A stretch of DNA of 64,000 nt from Candidatus Micrarchaeota archaeon (GTDB lineage Archaea; Micrarchaeota; Micrarchaeia; Micrarchaeales; CABMGC01), in the NCBI GenBank assembly GCA_028867335.1, contig JAGWGN010000001.1:22910-86909 (forward strand), in the 5' to 3' direction. This document shows positions 35,591 to 45,244 of this stretch, piece after piece. A program made the position numbers and the translations under genes. The notes below the pieces were generated by a model. That model was not told the origin of the DNA. It was given only the letters and a program-made list of their open reading frames with translations, and made no database searches. Numbering within the stretch: the first letter of the stretch is position 1; each line of letters starts with the position of its first letter.

Positions 35591-36502
35591 ATGCCTAATC
35601 AGCAATACATCTGGTTCGACGGAAAGTTTCAGAAGTTCGAGGACGTGAAGGTCCACGTGCTGACCCACTCGCTGCAGTACGGCAGCGGAATATTCGAGGG
35701 GATAAGGTCGTATGAGACAAAGGGCAACGCCGCGGTGTTTAGGCTAAAGGAGCACGTCGACAGGTTCTTTAGGAGCGCGGAGGTCTACATGATCCCTCTC
35801 AACTACAGCCGCGAGCAGATACACGACGCGATACTTGCGACTCTAAAGAAGAACAATCTCAAGACCGCATACGTAAGGCCATTTGGTTTCTACAACGACC
35901 AGAGGATAGGCCTCGACGTCACGGGTAAGAAGACGAGCATCTCGATCGCTGCGATTCCATTCGGCAACTACTTTGCGGGAAAGGAGAAGGGAGTGAGGTG
36001 CAAGGTCTCCTCCTGGCACAAGATCAACTCGCTGATACTTCCGCCCCAGGCAAAGGCGAGCGGGAACTACCTCAACTCAATCATCGCCTCGATCGACGCG
36101 AAGGTCGCAGGATTTGACGAGGCTATCCTTCTCTCGGGAAACGGATACGTGGCCGAGGGGCCCGGGGAGAACGTCTTTGCAGTTAGGGAAAACACCCTGG
36201 TTACCCCGTCAAAAGATGCGGACATACTTCTCGGGATAACAAGGGACTCTGTGATAAAGATTGCACAGAGCATGGGGATAGAGGTTGTGGAGAGGCAGAT
36301 GCACAAAGAGGAGCTCTACACCGCCGACGAGCTCTTCTTCACCGGGACGGCCGCCGAGATAACCCACATCTCCGAGGTCGACGGCAGGGTGATAAACAAG
36401 GCAAAGATGGGTCCCATCACAAAGATGCTCTCCTCAAAGTTCTCGGACATAATCACGGGACGGGACAAGGAGTTCTCAGAGTGGCTTACAAACATATACT
36501 AG
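35591..36502 (+). CDS. ilvE: branched-chain amino acid aminotransferase (class IV)
   Basis: The sequences HSLQYGSGIFEGIR, AKASGNYLNS and EGPGENVF are typical of IlvE. The start is leaderless, ~30 nt after TATA GTTTTAAATCC. Confidence 0.9.
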   Translation: MPNQQYIWFDGKFQKFEDVKVHVLTHSLQYGSGIFEGIRSYETKGNAAVFRLKEHVDRFFRSAEVYMIPLNYSREQIHDAILATLKKNNLKTAYVRPFGFYNDQRIGLDVTGKKTSISIAAIPFGNYFAGKEKGVRCKVSSWHKINSLILPPQAKASGNYLNSIIASIDAKVAGFDEAILLSGNGYVAEGPGENVFAVRENTLVTPSKDADILLGITRDSVIKIAQSMGIEVVERQMHKEELYTADELFFTGTAAEITHISEVDGRVINKAKMGPITKMLSSKFSDIITGRDKEFSEWLTNIY

Positions 36503-36509
36503 TGAAATC

Positions 36510-36782
36510 ATGGAGAGCGAAACAACGGAGTGGATGGAGATAATTGCCTGGTTTGCGATTCCGATAGTATTTCTTGGTGCGATAGCCGGATACGAGTACG
36601 CCTCTGGCAACCTTATTGTCGCGGCGATATTTGTGATCCTCTTCCTCGTGGTGATTGCAAGGAGGATTATCATAACGCGCAAGGAGGTCGAGCCGATCTT
36701 CGAGGCGGAGATGCAGCTTGAGAAGGGAAAGGATGAAACAGAGGGTCAGGATGCGCCTAAAGAAGCTTCAGGGCCGCAGTGA
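36510..36782 (+). CDS. small membrane protein with acidic tail
   Basis: 90 aa with two TM helices. Its 3' end overlaps pth2 convergently. Confidence 0.4.
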   Translation: MESETTEWMEIIAWFAIPIVFLGAIAGYEYASGNLIVAAIFVILFLVVIARRIIITRKEVEPIFEAEMQLEKGKDETEGQDAPKEASGPQ

Positions 36783-37131
36783 ACTTGTCTATCTCCTCGC
36801 TCTTCCAGGGCCCTATTCCAAGGGCGGTCTTCGTGTCCGGAGGGAGCTGCGTCATCCCCCTGTCCGATATGAGGGCGCAGGGTATCCCCTTGTACTTGAA
36901 TGCTTGGAACAGCTTTACCATCGTCTCGACGCTGTCGACCTTTAGGACGATCTTCTTCTGCCCTGCCTCAAGCCAGCGCTCAACAACCTTCTTGTCCTTC
37001 TCGACCGCGTCCATGTAGCTTGAGAGCGAGGCGTGCGCGCACTGTGCGGCGAGCTTGCCCTTGCCCATCTCTATGTCGGTGCGGATAACTATGACCTGTT
37101 TTATCTCGTCCTCAGCTGCCGTCTTTGCCAT
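36757..37131 (-). CDS. pth: peptidyl-tRNA hydrolase, archaeal type (Pth2)
   Basis: The sequence VIRTDIEMGKGKLAAQCAHAS...LISDRGMTQLPPDTKTALGIGP is diagnostic of the family. Confidence 0.85.
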   Translation of the reverse strand: MAKTAAEDEIKQVIVIRTDIEMGKGKLAAQCAHASLSSYMDAVEKDKKVVERWLEAGQKKIVLKVDSVETMVKLFQAFKYKGIPCALISDRGMTQLPPDTKTALGIGPWKSEEIDKFTAALKLL

Positions 37132-37457
37132 GTCAGAGTTGTGGGAACCAAACTTTTTATTACCGTAAGTATGCGAAATTCCTCAATCAACGAAGTGCAA
37201 AGAAGCATTATTAAATAGCAAAGCACGAAGGATTTCACCGTGATGCAATGGCGAAACAAAAAACATTCGATTTCGGCGCAGAGCTGATAGGCTCCCGATC
37301 GAAGTCCCAGGTGGATTCCTCCGCTTCGATGACAGGCGTGCTCAAGAACACCAGAAGATCCGACCTTCTCGATTAGAAAAAATCGCAGAAACCCTTGTTT
37401 TATTGCGTAAAAAACGCTGGATAAAGAACGCTTATAAACCGCCAAAACAAGATTATT

Positions 37458-38096
37458 GTGGTTAACATGCCAACAACAAATAGCATCTCAAAAATCTATG
37501 ACAGCGCGATACAGGCGAAGGTTACGGGCAACAAGCTTGCAGTTGTGGAGGACAAGGAGTTCTCATTTGGCAGGATGCACACCGAGCTTGTGAACATGCC
37601 GATGAGCATCATAACTGAGCAAAAACCGGAGATCGAAGGATTTCTGATGGACCTGCTCGGCGGGTCAAGCTCAAAAGGCGCTAAAGGCAGAAGGGCGAAA
37701 AGCATCCAAAATTCTACAAACCTCGACAATATCGAGGCCACGATTTCAACCTTGAAGAAAGTGCAGAGACCTGCCCCTGTGGAAATCGGGATCTCCCCTG
37801 GCCAGAAGAGCAGGGTCCTGACAAGCAGGCAGGTGGAGAAGGCACTTGCGCACGACATCGAGTACAGCGAGGCCGAAATGTACCTTATGGATTCTGTAAA
37901 GAGGGGAAACACCTTCACATCAGAAGCGGTTGAACTTATCGTAAACGTTGCCTCGCACATGAGGAAGTTTGCAGTGGTGGAGCTGGAAAAGATCGCGCTA
38001 GAAAGAAGCATCCTATCTCCTCTAGAAAAGAGCCTTTCGTCTCTTGCGTCAAAATTGCACAATCTGCACGCCACAATGAACAAGGGCTCAGAGTAA
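37458..38096 (+). CDS. hypothetical protein upstream of primase
   Basis: 212-aa ORF after TATA CGCTTATAAACC. No motif recognised. Confidence 0.5.
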   Translation: MVNMPTTNSISKIYDSAIQAKVTGNKLAVVEDKEFSFGRMHTELVNMPMSIITEQKPEIEGFLMDLLGGSSSKGAKGRRAKSIQNSTNLDNIEATISTLKKVQRPAPVEIGISPGQKSRVLTSRQVEKALAHDIEYSEAEMYLMDSVKRGNTFTSEAVELIVNVASHMRKFAVVELEKIALERSILSPLEKSLSSLASKLHNLHATMNKGSE

Positions 38097-38175
38097 AGCA
38101 AGCCCTTTTTCCCTTTTTATTTTCTTTTTTCACACTCTTTATATATTTTAAAACCGCTATCTCTCACGTGGTTTC

Positions 38176-39351
38176 TTGTTTGACCCAAGGCAGCTGATTT
38201 CACGCCTGATAAGTGCCTACTATAGGGACGCAACAGACCTCTATCCCAGGCACATAGAGAAGCGGGAGTTCAGCTTCGGCACATTCGATTCGAAGGTGGC
38301 CGGAAGGCACTTTGCCTTCGAGAGCGAGAAGAGGTTCACGGAATACCTCACCAGCGCAGCCCCGCTCTACGTCTCCTGCTCGCAGGCATACTACCGCTTC
38401 CCCGCCGCAAGGCCGATGGAGGCAAAGGTCCTGCTCGGGGCGGAGATGGTCTTCGATATAGACGCGACCGACATGAATTTGCCCTGCCAAAAGGAGCATG
38501 GCAAGAAGTGGGTCTGCGCAGTCTGCTTCGATGCCGTCAAGGCTGAGACGATAAAGCTGATAGAGGAGTTTCTCGTGCCGGATTTCGGGTTCGCCGAGAA
38601 GGAGATCGCGATAAACTTCAGCGGCAACAGGGGATACCACCTCCACATCAACTCAAAGAGCGTGCTCAAGCTCGACAACTACGCGAGGCGAGAGATAAGC
38701 GAGTACATCGCCGGGACGGGAATAAACTTCGACGAGTTCTTCCCCACAGTCGGGGTCGAGGGAACAAGACTCAAGAAGCTGATGGGCCCAAAGCCCACCG
38801 ACAAGGGATGGCAGGGAAAGATCGCAAATAATTTTCTAGACAGCCTAAATAAGGGGGTAGAGAGCCTCGAGGGGCTCGGAATGACCCCGATCCAGGCAAA
38901 GCAGCTCTACGAGAAGAGGGCGCTAGTCGAGCTTGGGATAAGGAGCGGAAACTGGGACATGGTTTTTATCAAGAAGAAGGACGAGTTCTGGAAGGGCGTG
39001 ATCGCAAAGCAGGCTATAATGCAGGGCGACAAGATAGACAAGAACGTAACCGCGGACCCCACTCACCTGCTCAGGCTGCCAAACTCGATTCACGGAGACA
39101 CGGGGCTGCTCGCAAAGAAGGTCGGCACAAGATCGAGCCTCGAAAAGTTCGAGCCGATGAAGGAGGGCATTGCATTTAGAAAAGGAGAGGCGAAGATCCA
39201 CGTCACAAATTCGCCGCAGCTCACAATAAACGGGCAGAGCTACGGCCCGTATGCCGACGAGGACGTCATACTTCCGATCTATGCCGCAGCGTACCTGCAC
39301 CTAAAGGGCGTAGGGTCAATCAAGGGATACCGCAGCTCCGCCAAAGCCTGA
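38176..39351 (+). CDS. priS: DNA primase small (catalytic) subunit PriS
   Basis: AEP motifs are present: MVFDIDATD (DxD) and NFSGNRGYHLHI, plus the zinc knuckle CQKEHGKKWVCAVC and LLRLPNSIHGDTG. Confidence 0.85.
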   Translation: MFDPRQLISRLISAYYRDATDLYPRHIEKREFSFGTFDSKVAGRHFAFESEKRFTEYLTSAAPLYVSCSQAYYRFPAARPMEAKVLLGAEMVFDIDATDMNLPCQKEHGKKWVCAVCFDAVKAETIKLIEEFLVPDFGFAEKEIAINFSGNRGYHLHINSKSVLKLDNYARREISEYIAGTGINFDEFFPTVGVEGTRLKKLMGPKPTDKGWQGKIANNFLDSLNKGVESLEGLGMTPIQAKQLYEKRALVELGIRSGNWDMVFIKKKDEFWKGVIAKQAIMQGDKIDKNVTADPTHLLRLPNSIHGDTGLLAKKVGTRSSLEKFEPMKEGIAFRKGEAKIHVTNSPQLTINGQSYGPYADEDVILPIYAAAYLHLKGVGSIKGYRSSAKA

Positions 39352-39422
39352 TTTGGCCCATCGGCGCAAAACGATTGATAAGTCAAATATATAAACAGGG
39401 CAAGCCAACCACAACTGATCTA

Positions 39423-39851
39423 ATGCCGCAGTCTGTCAAGAAGGAATTGACTCCCGCCCAAAAGGAGATAGAGGCCTCGCTACTGAGGTCAGCGCAATCG
39501 AACTTCCGCTCAAGCAACATAGTCGTCGAGATGAAATACTTCGGCGACTGGGGCTATCCAAACCAGCTCATAAAAGTGCTGGGAGGGTATTTGGGCACAA
39601 CGACAAGGTCCGACGTGATAGACATAGGGGAGGACGGGGTGACGCTCTCAAGGCTTGAGGTCGGCTGCTTTAGCCAGCAGATACTTGGCAGCTACAAGCT
39701 CAGCTGGCAGAGAATCGAGGATTTGATAAGGACCGAACCAGGCACATTCAGGGACGGTCCAGTCGTCATCTCAAAGAAGGACCTCTACAGGCTCCTTGAG
39801 CTCAAAGGCACCTACAAGGAGAGGGAGGAAGAAGCGCTAAAGCGATCATAG
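39423..39851 (+). CDS. hypothetical protein
   Basis: The ATG at 39423 lies ~30 nt downstream of TATA CAAATATATAAAC. No motif recognised. Confidence 0.45.
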   Translation: MPQSVKKELTPAQKEIEASLLRSAQSNFRSSNIVVEMKYFGDWGYPNQLIKVLGGYLGTTTRSDVIDIGEDGVTLSRLEVGCFSQQILGSYKLSWQRIEDLIRTEPGTFRDGPVVISKKDLYRLLELKGTYKEREEEALKRS

Positions 39852-39859
39852 ATGATAAA

Positions 39860-40129
39860 ATGAAGGAAAAACTGACCGGGACCCTGTATGTGGGCTGCGA
39901 GGAGAAGGCGATCGATTCCGTCGTGAAGGAGATAAGGCGATTGCATCCCGAGGCGAGAGGGGGCAAGGTGATGAAGGGATTTAGGGCCCACAACGCTGAG
40001 ATAATAATGACTCTCAAGGTGTCAGATCAAAAGGAGCTGTCGGCCCTTGGCAAGTCCCTCTTCGCCGCGATGCGGGGGATAAGGGCCATCCAGCCAACAA
40101 TCGAAGTGAGCGGCACGGCAACGGGTTGA
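39860..40129 (+). CDS. hypothetical small protein
   Basis: 89-aa ORF tightly following the previous gene. Confidence 0.45.
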   Translation: MKEKLTGTLYVGCEEKAIDSVVKEIRRLHPEARGGKVMKGFRAHNAEIIMTLKVSDQKELSALGKSLFAAMRGIRAIQPTIEVSGTATG

Positions 40130-40133
40130 ATTG

Positions 40134-40161
40134 TGCCACAAATAAGCAATCCTTTTATAAT
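40134..40161 (+). promoter_or_regulatory. TGCCACAAAT (variant of the TTCCACTAAT motif) + 9 nt + TATA (TTTTATAAT) upstream of rpl15e
   Basis: The spacing matches the other sites, but the 10-mer has three mismatches. Confidence 0.25.
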
Positions 40162-40231
40162 CTTTCAACAGAATATATTTGTACTTTTCAGATATTTTTC
40201 ACACATTTAGAAGAACGCATCGGTGCATAGG

Positions 40232-40810
40232 ATGGGCGCATACAAATACATAAAACAGAGCTTCGAGCAGAGCTACAAGGAGAGAGGGGACGAGCTCAAG
40301 CAGAGAATATCCGCCTGGAGAAGGGACGGGGCGGTCGTCAAGCTCAGCGGGCCGACAAACATCGCAAGGGCAAGGGAGCTCGGATACAAGGCAAAGCCGG
40401 GAGTCGTCGTCGCAAGGATCAAGATACCAAAGGGTCTCTCAAAGAGGCCAAAGCCTGTGAGAGGAAGAAAGCCATCAAAGACGGGAAGATTTTACGCTTA
40501 TGCAAAGTCGCTTCAGTCAAGGGCGGAGGAAAGGGCCGCACGCAAGTTCGACAACTGCGAACTGCTCAACTCATACTATGTCGGAGAGGACGGAGAGTAC
40601 AAATTCTTCGAGGCGATACTAGTCGACAGGACAGCGCCGACCGTGCTAAGCGACAAGCAGCTATCCCAGGTGATCTCCCAGAAGAGCAGGGTCTACAGGG
40701 GACTATCAAGCTCCGGAAGAAAGCACAGGGGAATAAGGATCAGGGGCTTTGGGACAAACCAGAACAGGCCAAGCGTAAGGGCAGGAAGGAGAAACATCTA
40801 CAGGAACTAG
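40232..40810 (+). CDS. rpl15e: ribosomal protein eL15 (L15e)
   Basis: The N-terminus is MGAYKYIKQSF. The sequences ARELGYKAKPGVVVARIKI and YYVGEDGEYKFFEAILVD are also present. Confidence 0.9.
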   Translation: MGAYKYIKQSFEQSYKERGDELKQRISAWRRDGAVVKLSGPTNIARARELGYKAKPGVVVARIKIPKGLSKRPKPVRGRKPSKTGRFYAYAKSLQSRAEERAARKFDNCELLNSYYVGEDGEYKFFEAILVDRTAPTVLSDKQLSQVISQKSRVYRGLSSSGRKHRGIRIRGFGTNQNRPSVRAGRRNIYRN

Positions 40811-40818
40811 ATGCTGCC

Positions 40819-41130
40819 ATGCGAGTGCGCATAATCGTAAAGGGAAAGGTCCAGGGCGTCGGTTTTAGAAATTTCATAAGGGTCACTGCAAAGTACAGCA
40901 ACCTCAGGGGCCTGGTCAGAAATCTAAGCGATGGCAGCGTCGAGATCTTCGCGGAGGGCAGCGAGGAGAACATCGCAAAGATGGTCAATATAATAAAGAC
41001 GAACATCGGGATAACTGTCCCCGCAAGAATCGACAACGTGGACCTCTATAACGAGGGCTCCGAGAACTTCATGCCCGCATGGAAGGAATACGCTGACAAG
41101 TTCTCGATAGACAGAAAGACAAGTGATTGA
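40819..41130 (+). CDS. acyP: acylphosphatase
   Basis: The signature VKGKVQGVGFRNF...GLVRNLSDGSVEI is present. Confidence 0.85.
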   Translation: MRVRIIVKGKVQGVGFRNFIRVTAKYSNLRGLVRNLSDGSVEIFAEGSEENIAKMVNIIKTNIGITVPARIDNVDLYNEGSENFMPAWKEYADKFSIDRKTSD

Positions 41131-41358
41131 TTGTTTAGCGCATCAGTAAAACTAGAGCTCGGGAAGGAGGCGAAAGAATATTTTGCGTTGCTAGACAAGA
41201 AGCTTAACTACAAGAGGAGCAAAGTCTCGGTAAAGCTAAGCAAAAACACTCTACTAATCGAAGTGAAAGCAGAAGATCCTATCGCGCTTGTAGCCTCTAT
41301 TGGCAGCATCCTCAAGCAGATAAGGATAATTGGAAACGCAGAAAAATTATTTGATTGA
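41131..41358 (+). CDS. possible KEOPS subunit Pcc1-like protein
   Basis: 75 aa. The segment LLIEVKAEDPIALVASIGSILKQIRI resembles the Pcc1 A.D..ALRA..NS pattern. The call is tentative. Confidence 0.4.
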   Translation: MFSASVKLELGKEAKEYFALLDKKLNYKRSKVSVKLSKNTLLIEVKAEDPIALVASIGSILKQIRIIGNAEKLFD

Positions 41359-41702
41359 AGAGAAGGCATAAAAGGTTTCAATTGCTCATTTTATTCGATA
41401 AAGTGTCAGGACAAAAAGTCAGTAGAACAAAACTTGTAGAAGCAGACGTCATCCTCCAAGTTTCAGATGGACGAGGCATCACAACCTTGAAAAATGCTCT
41501 TCTCGACTCATTCAACAACCTAAAGGAAGTAATGCTAGCGCGGGAAATTAAGGGCAATATCCTCGGAAAATATACGATACACGCAACTGCAGTAATCGAT
41601 CCTCAAAAAGCACTTCCCCTTCAGAGAGCACTCAGGAGATTCAGTACCGATAAAAGCGTTGCAACCTTTCTAAAGGCAAAAGTTAACGTAGTTATAGAAT
41701 AA
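41355..41702 (+). CDS. hypothetical protein
   Basis: 115-aa ORF with a non-ATG start in the track. No motif recognised. Confidence 0.35.
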   Translation: MKRRHKRFQLLILFDKVSGQKVSRTKLVEADVILQVSDGRGITTLKNALLDSFNNLKEVMLAREIKGNILGKYTIHATAVIDPQKALPLQRALRRFSTDKSVATFLKAKVNVVIE

Positions 41703-41742
41703 TCTTAAATTCTTTCACAGCAATAATATTTTAGGAATTGAA

Positions 41743-41943
41743 ATGCCAACAAAGTTAAAGTTAACGCCAAAGCAGTCAATAGAGCAGGGCAAGTGCATAG
41801 AGTGCGGAAAGGATCTAAATGATATGTACGCCGAAAAGAAGGAGACAAAGATTGGGCTTTTCTGCGCAGATGACTACTACACGCAACTTGGGAACCACAT
41901 CGAAAAGCATCCCCTCGGCGGCCCGCATACAAGACGAGGGTAA
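41743..41943 (+). CDS. hypothetical small protein
   Basis: 66 aa with CIECG...FCADD, a possible partial zinc site. Confidence 0.4.
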   Translation: MPTKLKLTPKQSIEQGKCIECGKDLNDMYAEKKETKIGLFCADDYYTQLGNHIEKHPLGGPHTRRG

Positions 41944-41983
41944 TTCACCCAAAATCCCTTCTTTTATCGGATTTATTTCGCTG

Positions 41984-42013
41984 TTCCACTATTAGCGATA
42001 TGCTTATAAATAT
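41984..42013 (+). promoter_or_regulatory. TTCCACTATT motif + 10 nt + TATA (TTATAAATAT) upstream of the ribosomal protein operon
   Basis: The motif lies at 41984-41993 and the TATA at 42004-42013. The rpl3 ATG is at 42091. Confidence 0.4.
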
Positions 42014-42090
42014 AAGTCGACTAATTAATTCGAATACTCTCAGTTTTAATGCTCTACTTTACGGTTAAAGTGAGTTAAGAAGTGTTTACT

Positions 42091-43065
42091 ATGAGACGAG
42101 GCTCTATGGAATATTGGCCACACAGGAGGGCCAAGAAAGTTATGCCGCGGGTTCGCAACTGGCCCGACATAGCAGCGCCATCATTCACAGGGCTCGTAGC
42201 ATTCAAGGCAGGAATGACGCACGTAGGATTGATCGACGACAGCGAGGAATCATCGAAGGGAACTGAGGTCATCAAGCCGGTGACTGTCCTCGAATTCCCG
42301 AGGGTTTTCATCTACGGAGTAAGATTCTATTCAAGAAAGGCAAACCAGTACACTGGAGTAACAAAGGACCTCTATGTGAAGGAGCTTGCATCGAAGCTCG
42401 GCATCAACAAGACCTCAAACACAACGGACAAGCTTGAGGAGGTGAAGAAGGAGATGTCACACATAACAAACGTTTCAGCGCTCGCATACCTCGACGCATC
42501 GCCTCTCGGATTCGGCAGCAAGAGATGGATGAGGTTCGAGCTTGACGTCGGAGGGAAGGACAACGCGGAAAAGCTCACGTTCATTGAGCAGTGGCTCGGA
42601 AAGGAGGTAAAGGCAAAGGACTTCCTAGGCGAAGGCGACTATCTCGACGTAAAGTCGATCTCAAAAGGAAAGGGATGGGCCGGAGTCATCAAGAGATACG
42701 GAGTCGCAAGGCTCATGAGAAAGGCAACCCAGAAGATCAGGCACACGGGAACCATGGGAGCATGGCACCCGCCAAAGGTCCTCTACACGATCCCTCAGGC
42801 CGGTCACATGGGATACAACTACAGATCCGAGATGAACAAGAGAGTCCTCAAGGTCGGAACGGCGGCAGAGGCAAACCAGATCAACGTCAAGGGAGGCTAC
42901 CTAAACTACGGCCTCGTCAAAAACGATTTCATACTTCTTGAAGGTTCAATTCCGGGAGTCCCAAAGAGGCTCGTGAGGATCAGAAAGGCAATTAGAAACA
43001 AGACGGTTGCAAAGAAGCCACAGTTGACATACATCTCAACCGCATCAAAGCAGGGTGCCGCATAA
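42091..43065 (+). CDS. rpl3: ribosomal protein uL3
   Basis: The sequences RRGSMEYWPHRRA and FKAGMTHV are present. This is the first gene of the conserved operon. Confidence 0.95.
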   Translation: MRRGSMEYWPHRRAKKVMPRVRNWPDIAAPSFTGLVAFKAGMTHVGLIDDSEESSKGTEVIKPVTVLEFPRVFIYGVRFYSRKANQYTGVTKDLYVKELASKLGINKTSNTTDKLEEVKKEMSHITNVSALAYLDASPLGFGSKRWMRFELDVGGKDNAEKLTFIEQWLGKEVKAKDFLGEGDYLDVKSISKGKGWAGVIKRYGVARLMRKATQKIRHTGTMGAWHPPKVLYTIPQAGHMGYNYRSEMNKRVLKVGTAAEANQINVKGGYLNYGLVKNDFILLEGSIPGVPKRLVRIRKAIRNKTVAKKPQLTYISTASKQGAA

Positions 43066-43066
43066 T

Positions 43067-43864
43067 ATGGAAACATCACTTTATCAAATTGACGGCAAGG
43101 TGGAGAAAAAGATAGCTCTGCCGGAGACGTTCGCAAAGCCATTTAGGCCAGACCTTGTAAGGAGGGCAATACTCGCAGAGCAGTCTCTAAAGTATCAGCC
43201 ACAGGGACACTTCATAAGCGCGGGAATGCAGACCAGCGCGATGTACATCGGAGAATATTCGACATGGAGAACAGGACGTCACATGGGAACCGCAATAAGA
43301 CCGAGACAGAAGCTCGCAGGCGGCGCACAGGGAGAGGTCAGAAAAATTCCTTCCGCAAAGAAGGGAAGAAGGGCACACCCTCACCAGGTCGAGAAGATAA
43401 TCATAGAAAGAATCAACGCGGTCGAGTACAGAAGGGCACTTGAGTCCGCAATCGCAGGAACCGCAAAGCCTGACGCAATAAAGGAGAGGCACACAGTCAA
43501 GCTCGCAGCAGTTCCAATCGTGATGGACAACAAGATCGAGTCCATCACAAAGACAAATGAGCTAATCAAAGTCCTCAAAGGCCTAGGCCTAGAGGAGGAC
43601 CTTCAGAAGTCTCACGACCCGAAGCTAAGAAAGGGACTTAGGAGACTATCAAAGCGAAGGCTCTTCAGAAAGTCAGTTCTCATAATCGTAAAGGATGCAG
43701 CAAAGATCGGCAAGGCGGGAAGAAACATCCCTGGAGTCGATGTCATGTCGATTGACAAGATGACTGTTGGAAACGTCGCGCCAGGAGCAATCCCAAGGGT
43801 GACGATCTACTCCGAGCACGCAATCAACGGAATGGTAGAGGCAGTGAAGAAGGCAAAATTGTGA
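43067..43864 (+). CDS. rpl4: ribosomal protein uL4
   Basis: The sequence FRPDLVRRAILAEQS..QPQG is present, and the operon position fits. The ATG is 1 nt after the rpl3 stop. Confidence 0.9.
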   Translation: METSLYQIDGKVEKKIALPETFAKPFRPDLVRRAILAEQSLKYQPQGHFISAGMQTSAMYIGEYSTWRTGRHMGTAIRPRQKLAGGAQGEVRKIPSAKKGRRAHPHQVEKIIIERINAVEYRRALESAIAGTAKPDAIKERHTVKLAAVPIVMDNKIESITKTNELIKVLKGLGLEEDLQKSHDPKLRKGLRRLSKRRLFRKSVLIIVKDAAKIGKAGRNIPGVDVMSIDKMTVGNVAPGAIPRVTIYSEHAINGMVEAVKKAKL

Positions 43865-43868
43865 TCAC

Positions 43869-44120
43869 ATGGCAACACTAATGTACCCGATAGCAACAGA
43901 AAAGGCAATAAACATGATCGAGAAAAGCAACATAATCGAGTACGTAGTCGACATGAGGGCGACAAAGCCCGAGATCAAGGCTGAGTTCGAGAAGATATTC
44001 AAGGTAAAGGTGAAGAGCGTCGCAACTGCGCTAACGCCTAGGAACACGAAGAAGGCTTACATCAAGATCGCCCCTGCGTTCAAGGCATCCGACATCGCCC
44101 TGAAGTTGAAACTGGTATAA
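43869..44120 (+). CDS. rpl23: ribosomal protein uL23
   Basis: The sequence YPIATEKAINMIEKSNIIEYVVDMRATKPEIK is present. Confidence 0.9.
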   Translation: MATLMYPIATEKAINMIEKSNIIEYVVDMRATKPEIKAEFEKIFKVKVKSVATALTPRNTKKAYIKIAPAFKASDIALKLKLV

Positions 44121-44136
44121 TTAGAAAGGTTAGAAA

Positions 44137-44853
44137 ATGGGTAAAAAGCTCAAGCAGCAACGACGTGGAAAAGGCTCAAATGCCTACAGAAAGCCGCCAA
44201 ACCGCTTCAAGGCGGACATCGTTATTGGAAACGCCGTTCTTTCAGGGAAGATTTACGCTGAGGTAATCGAGTTCGTCGACGATCCAGGGCACACGGCCCC
44301 GCTCATGCTTGTCAAGTACGACGACATGAGGGAGCAGATGTTCATCGCCCCAGAGGGAATCAAGGTCGGGGACAGGATACAGATCGGGCCTGAGGCGGCA
44401 ATCGGAATCGGAAACATAACATACATTTCAAAGATCCCAGAGGGTCTTCCCGTCTACAACATAGAGAGAACCCCGGGAGACGGAGGAAAGCTCGTCCGCG
44501 CTGCAGGAAGCTTTGCAACAATCATCGGACACACGGAGAACACGACAACAATCAACATGCCTTCAAAGAAGCCAATTGAGCTCAGCAACATGTGCAGGGC
44601 GGAGATCGGAATAATCTCGGGAGGAGGAATGGAGATGCTTCCAATCATGAAGGCAGGAAAGAACCATTACATTAAGCATGCAATCAATGCGAAGTGGCCC
44701 GTAAACAGGGGAGTAAAGTCAAACCCTGTGGACCACCCGTTCGGAGGTAAACAGCACCACAAGGGAGCGAGCTCGATGATCTCGAGGAACGCGCCTCCAG
44801 GGGCTAAGGTCGGACACATTGCCGCACGCAGAGTAGGAAGAAAGAAGAGATGA
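44137..44853 (+). CDS. rpl2: ribosomal protein uL2
   Basis: The sequences GDGGKLVRAAGS and HPFGGKQHHKG are present. Confidence 0.95.
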   Translation: MGKKLKQQRRGKGSNAYRKPPNRFKADIVIGNAVLSGKIYAEVIEFVDDPGHTAPLMLVKYDDMREQMFIAPEGIKVGDRIQIGPEAAIGIGNITYISKIPEGLPVYNIERTPGDGGKLVRAAGSFATIIGHTENTTTINMPSKKPIELSNMCRAEIGIISGGGMEMLPIMKAGKNHYIKHAINAKWPVNRGVKSNPVDHPFGGKQHHKGASSMISRNAPPGAKVGHIAARRVGRKKR

Positions 44854-44857
44854 GCAT

Positions 44858-45244
44858 ATGGCGCGAGTTTACACATTTAGAGGACTTACGATCGAGGAGC
44901 TTCAGAAGCTTAACCTTGAGCAGTTCACGGCACTGCTAAAGTCAAGGCAGAGAAGGGCGATCGAGAGGATGGGAATCCAGTACAAGGAGCTCATCGCAAA
45001 GGTCGAGAAGGCAAAGAAGACTGGCAAGGTAGTCAAGACGCACGAGAGAGACGGAGTGATCCTCCCATCGTGGGTCGGGATGAATTTCGCGGTTCATACA
45101 GGAAAGGAGTTCAAGCAGATGGAGATTCGAGTAGAGATGCTCGGACACAGACTCGGCGAGTTCGCATTCTCAACTAAGAGGGTGCAGCACAGCGCTCCTG
45201 GTATCAGGGCAACAAGAGGTAGCAAGTTCCTCGCGGTGAAGTAA
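44858..45244 (+). CDS. rps19: ribosomal protein uS19
   Basis: The sequence VHTGKEFKQMEIRVEMLGHRLGEFAFSTK is present. Confidence 0.95.
   Translation: MARVYTFRGLTIEELQKLNLEQFTALLKSRQRRAIERMGIQYKELIAKVEKAKKTGKVVKTHERDGVILPSWVGMNFAVHTGKEFKQMEIRVEMLGHRLGEFAFSTKRVQHSAPGIRATRGSKFLAVK

Noticed and set aside
37101-37445. A 114-aa minus-strand ORF in the pth2-upstream spacer.
   Set aside because: It overlaps the pth2 start and promoter, has odd composition and has no promoter of its own. It is most likely spurious.
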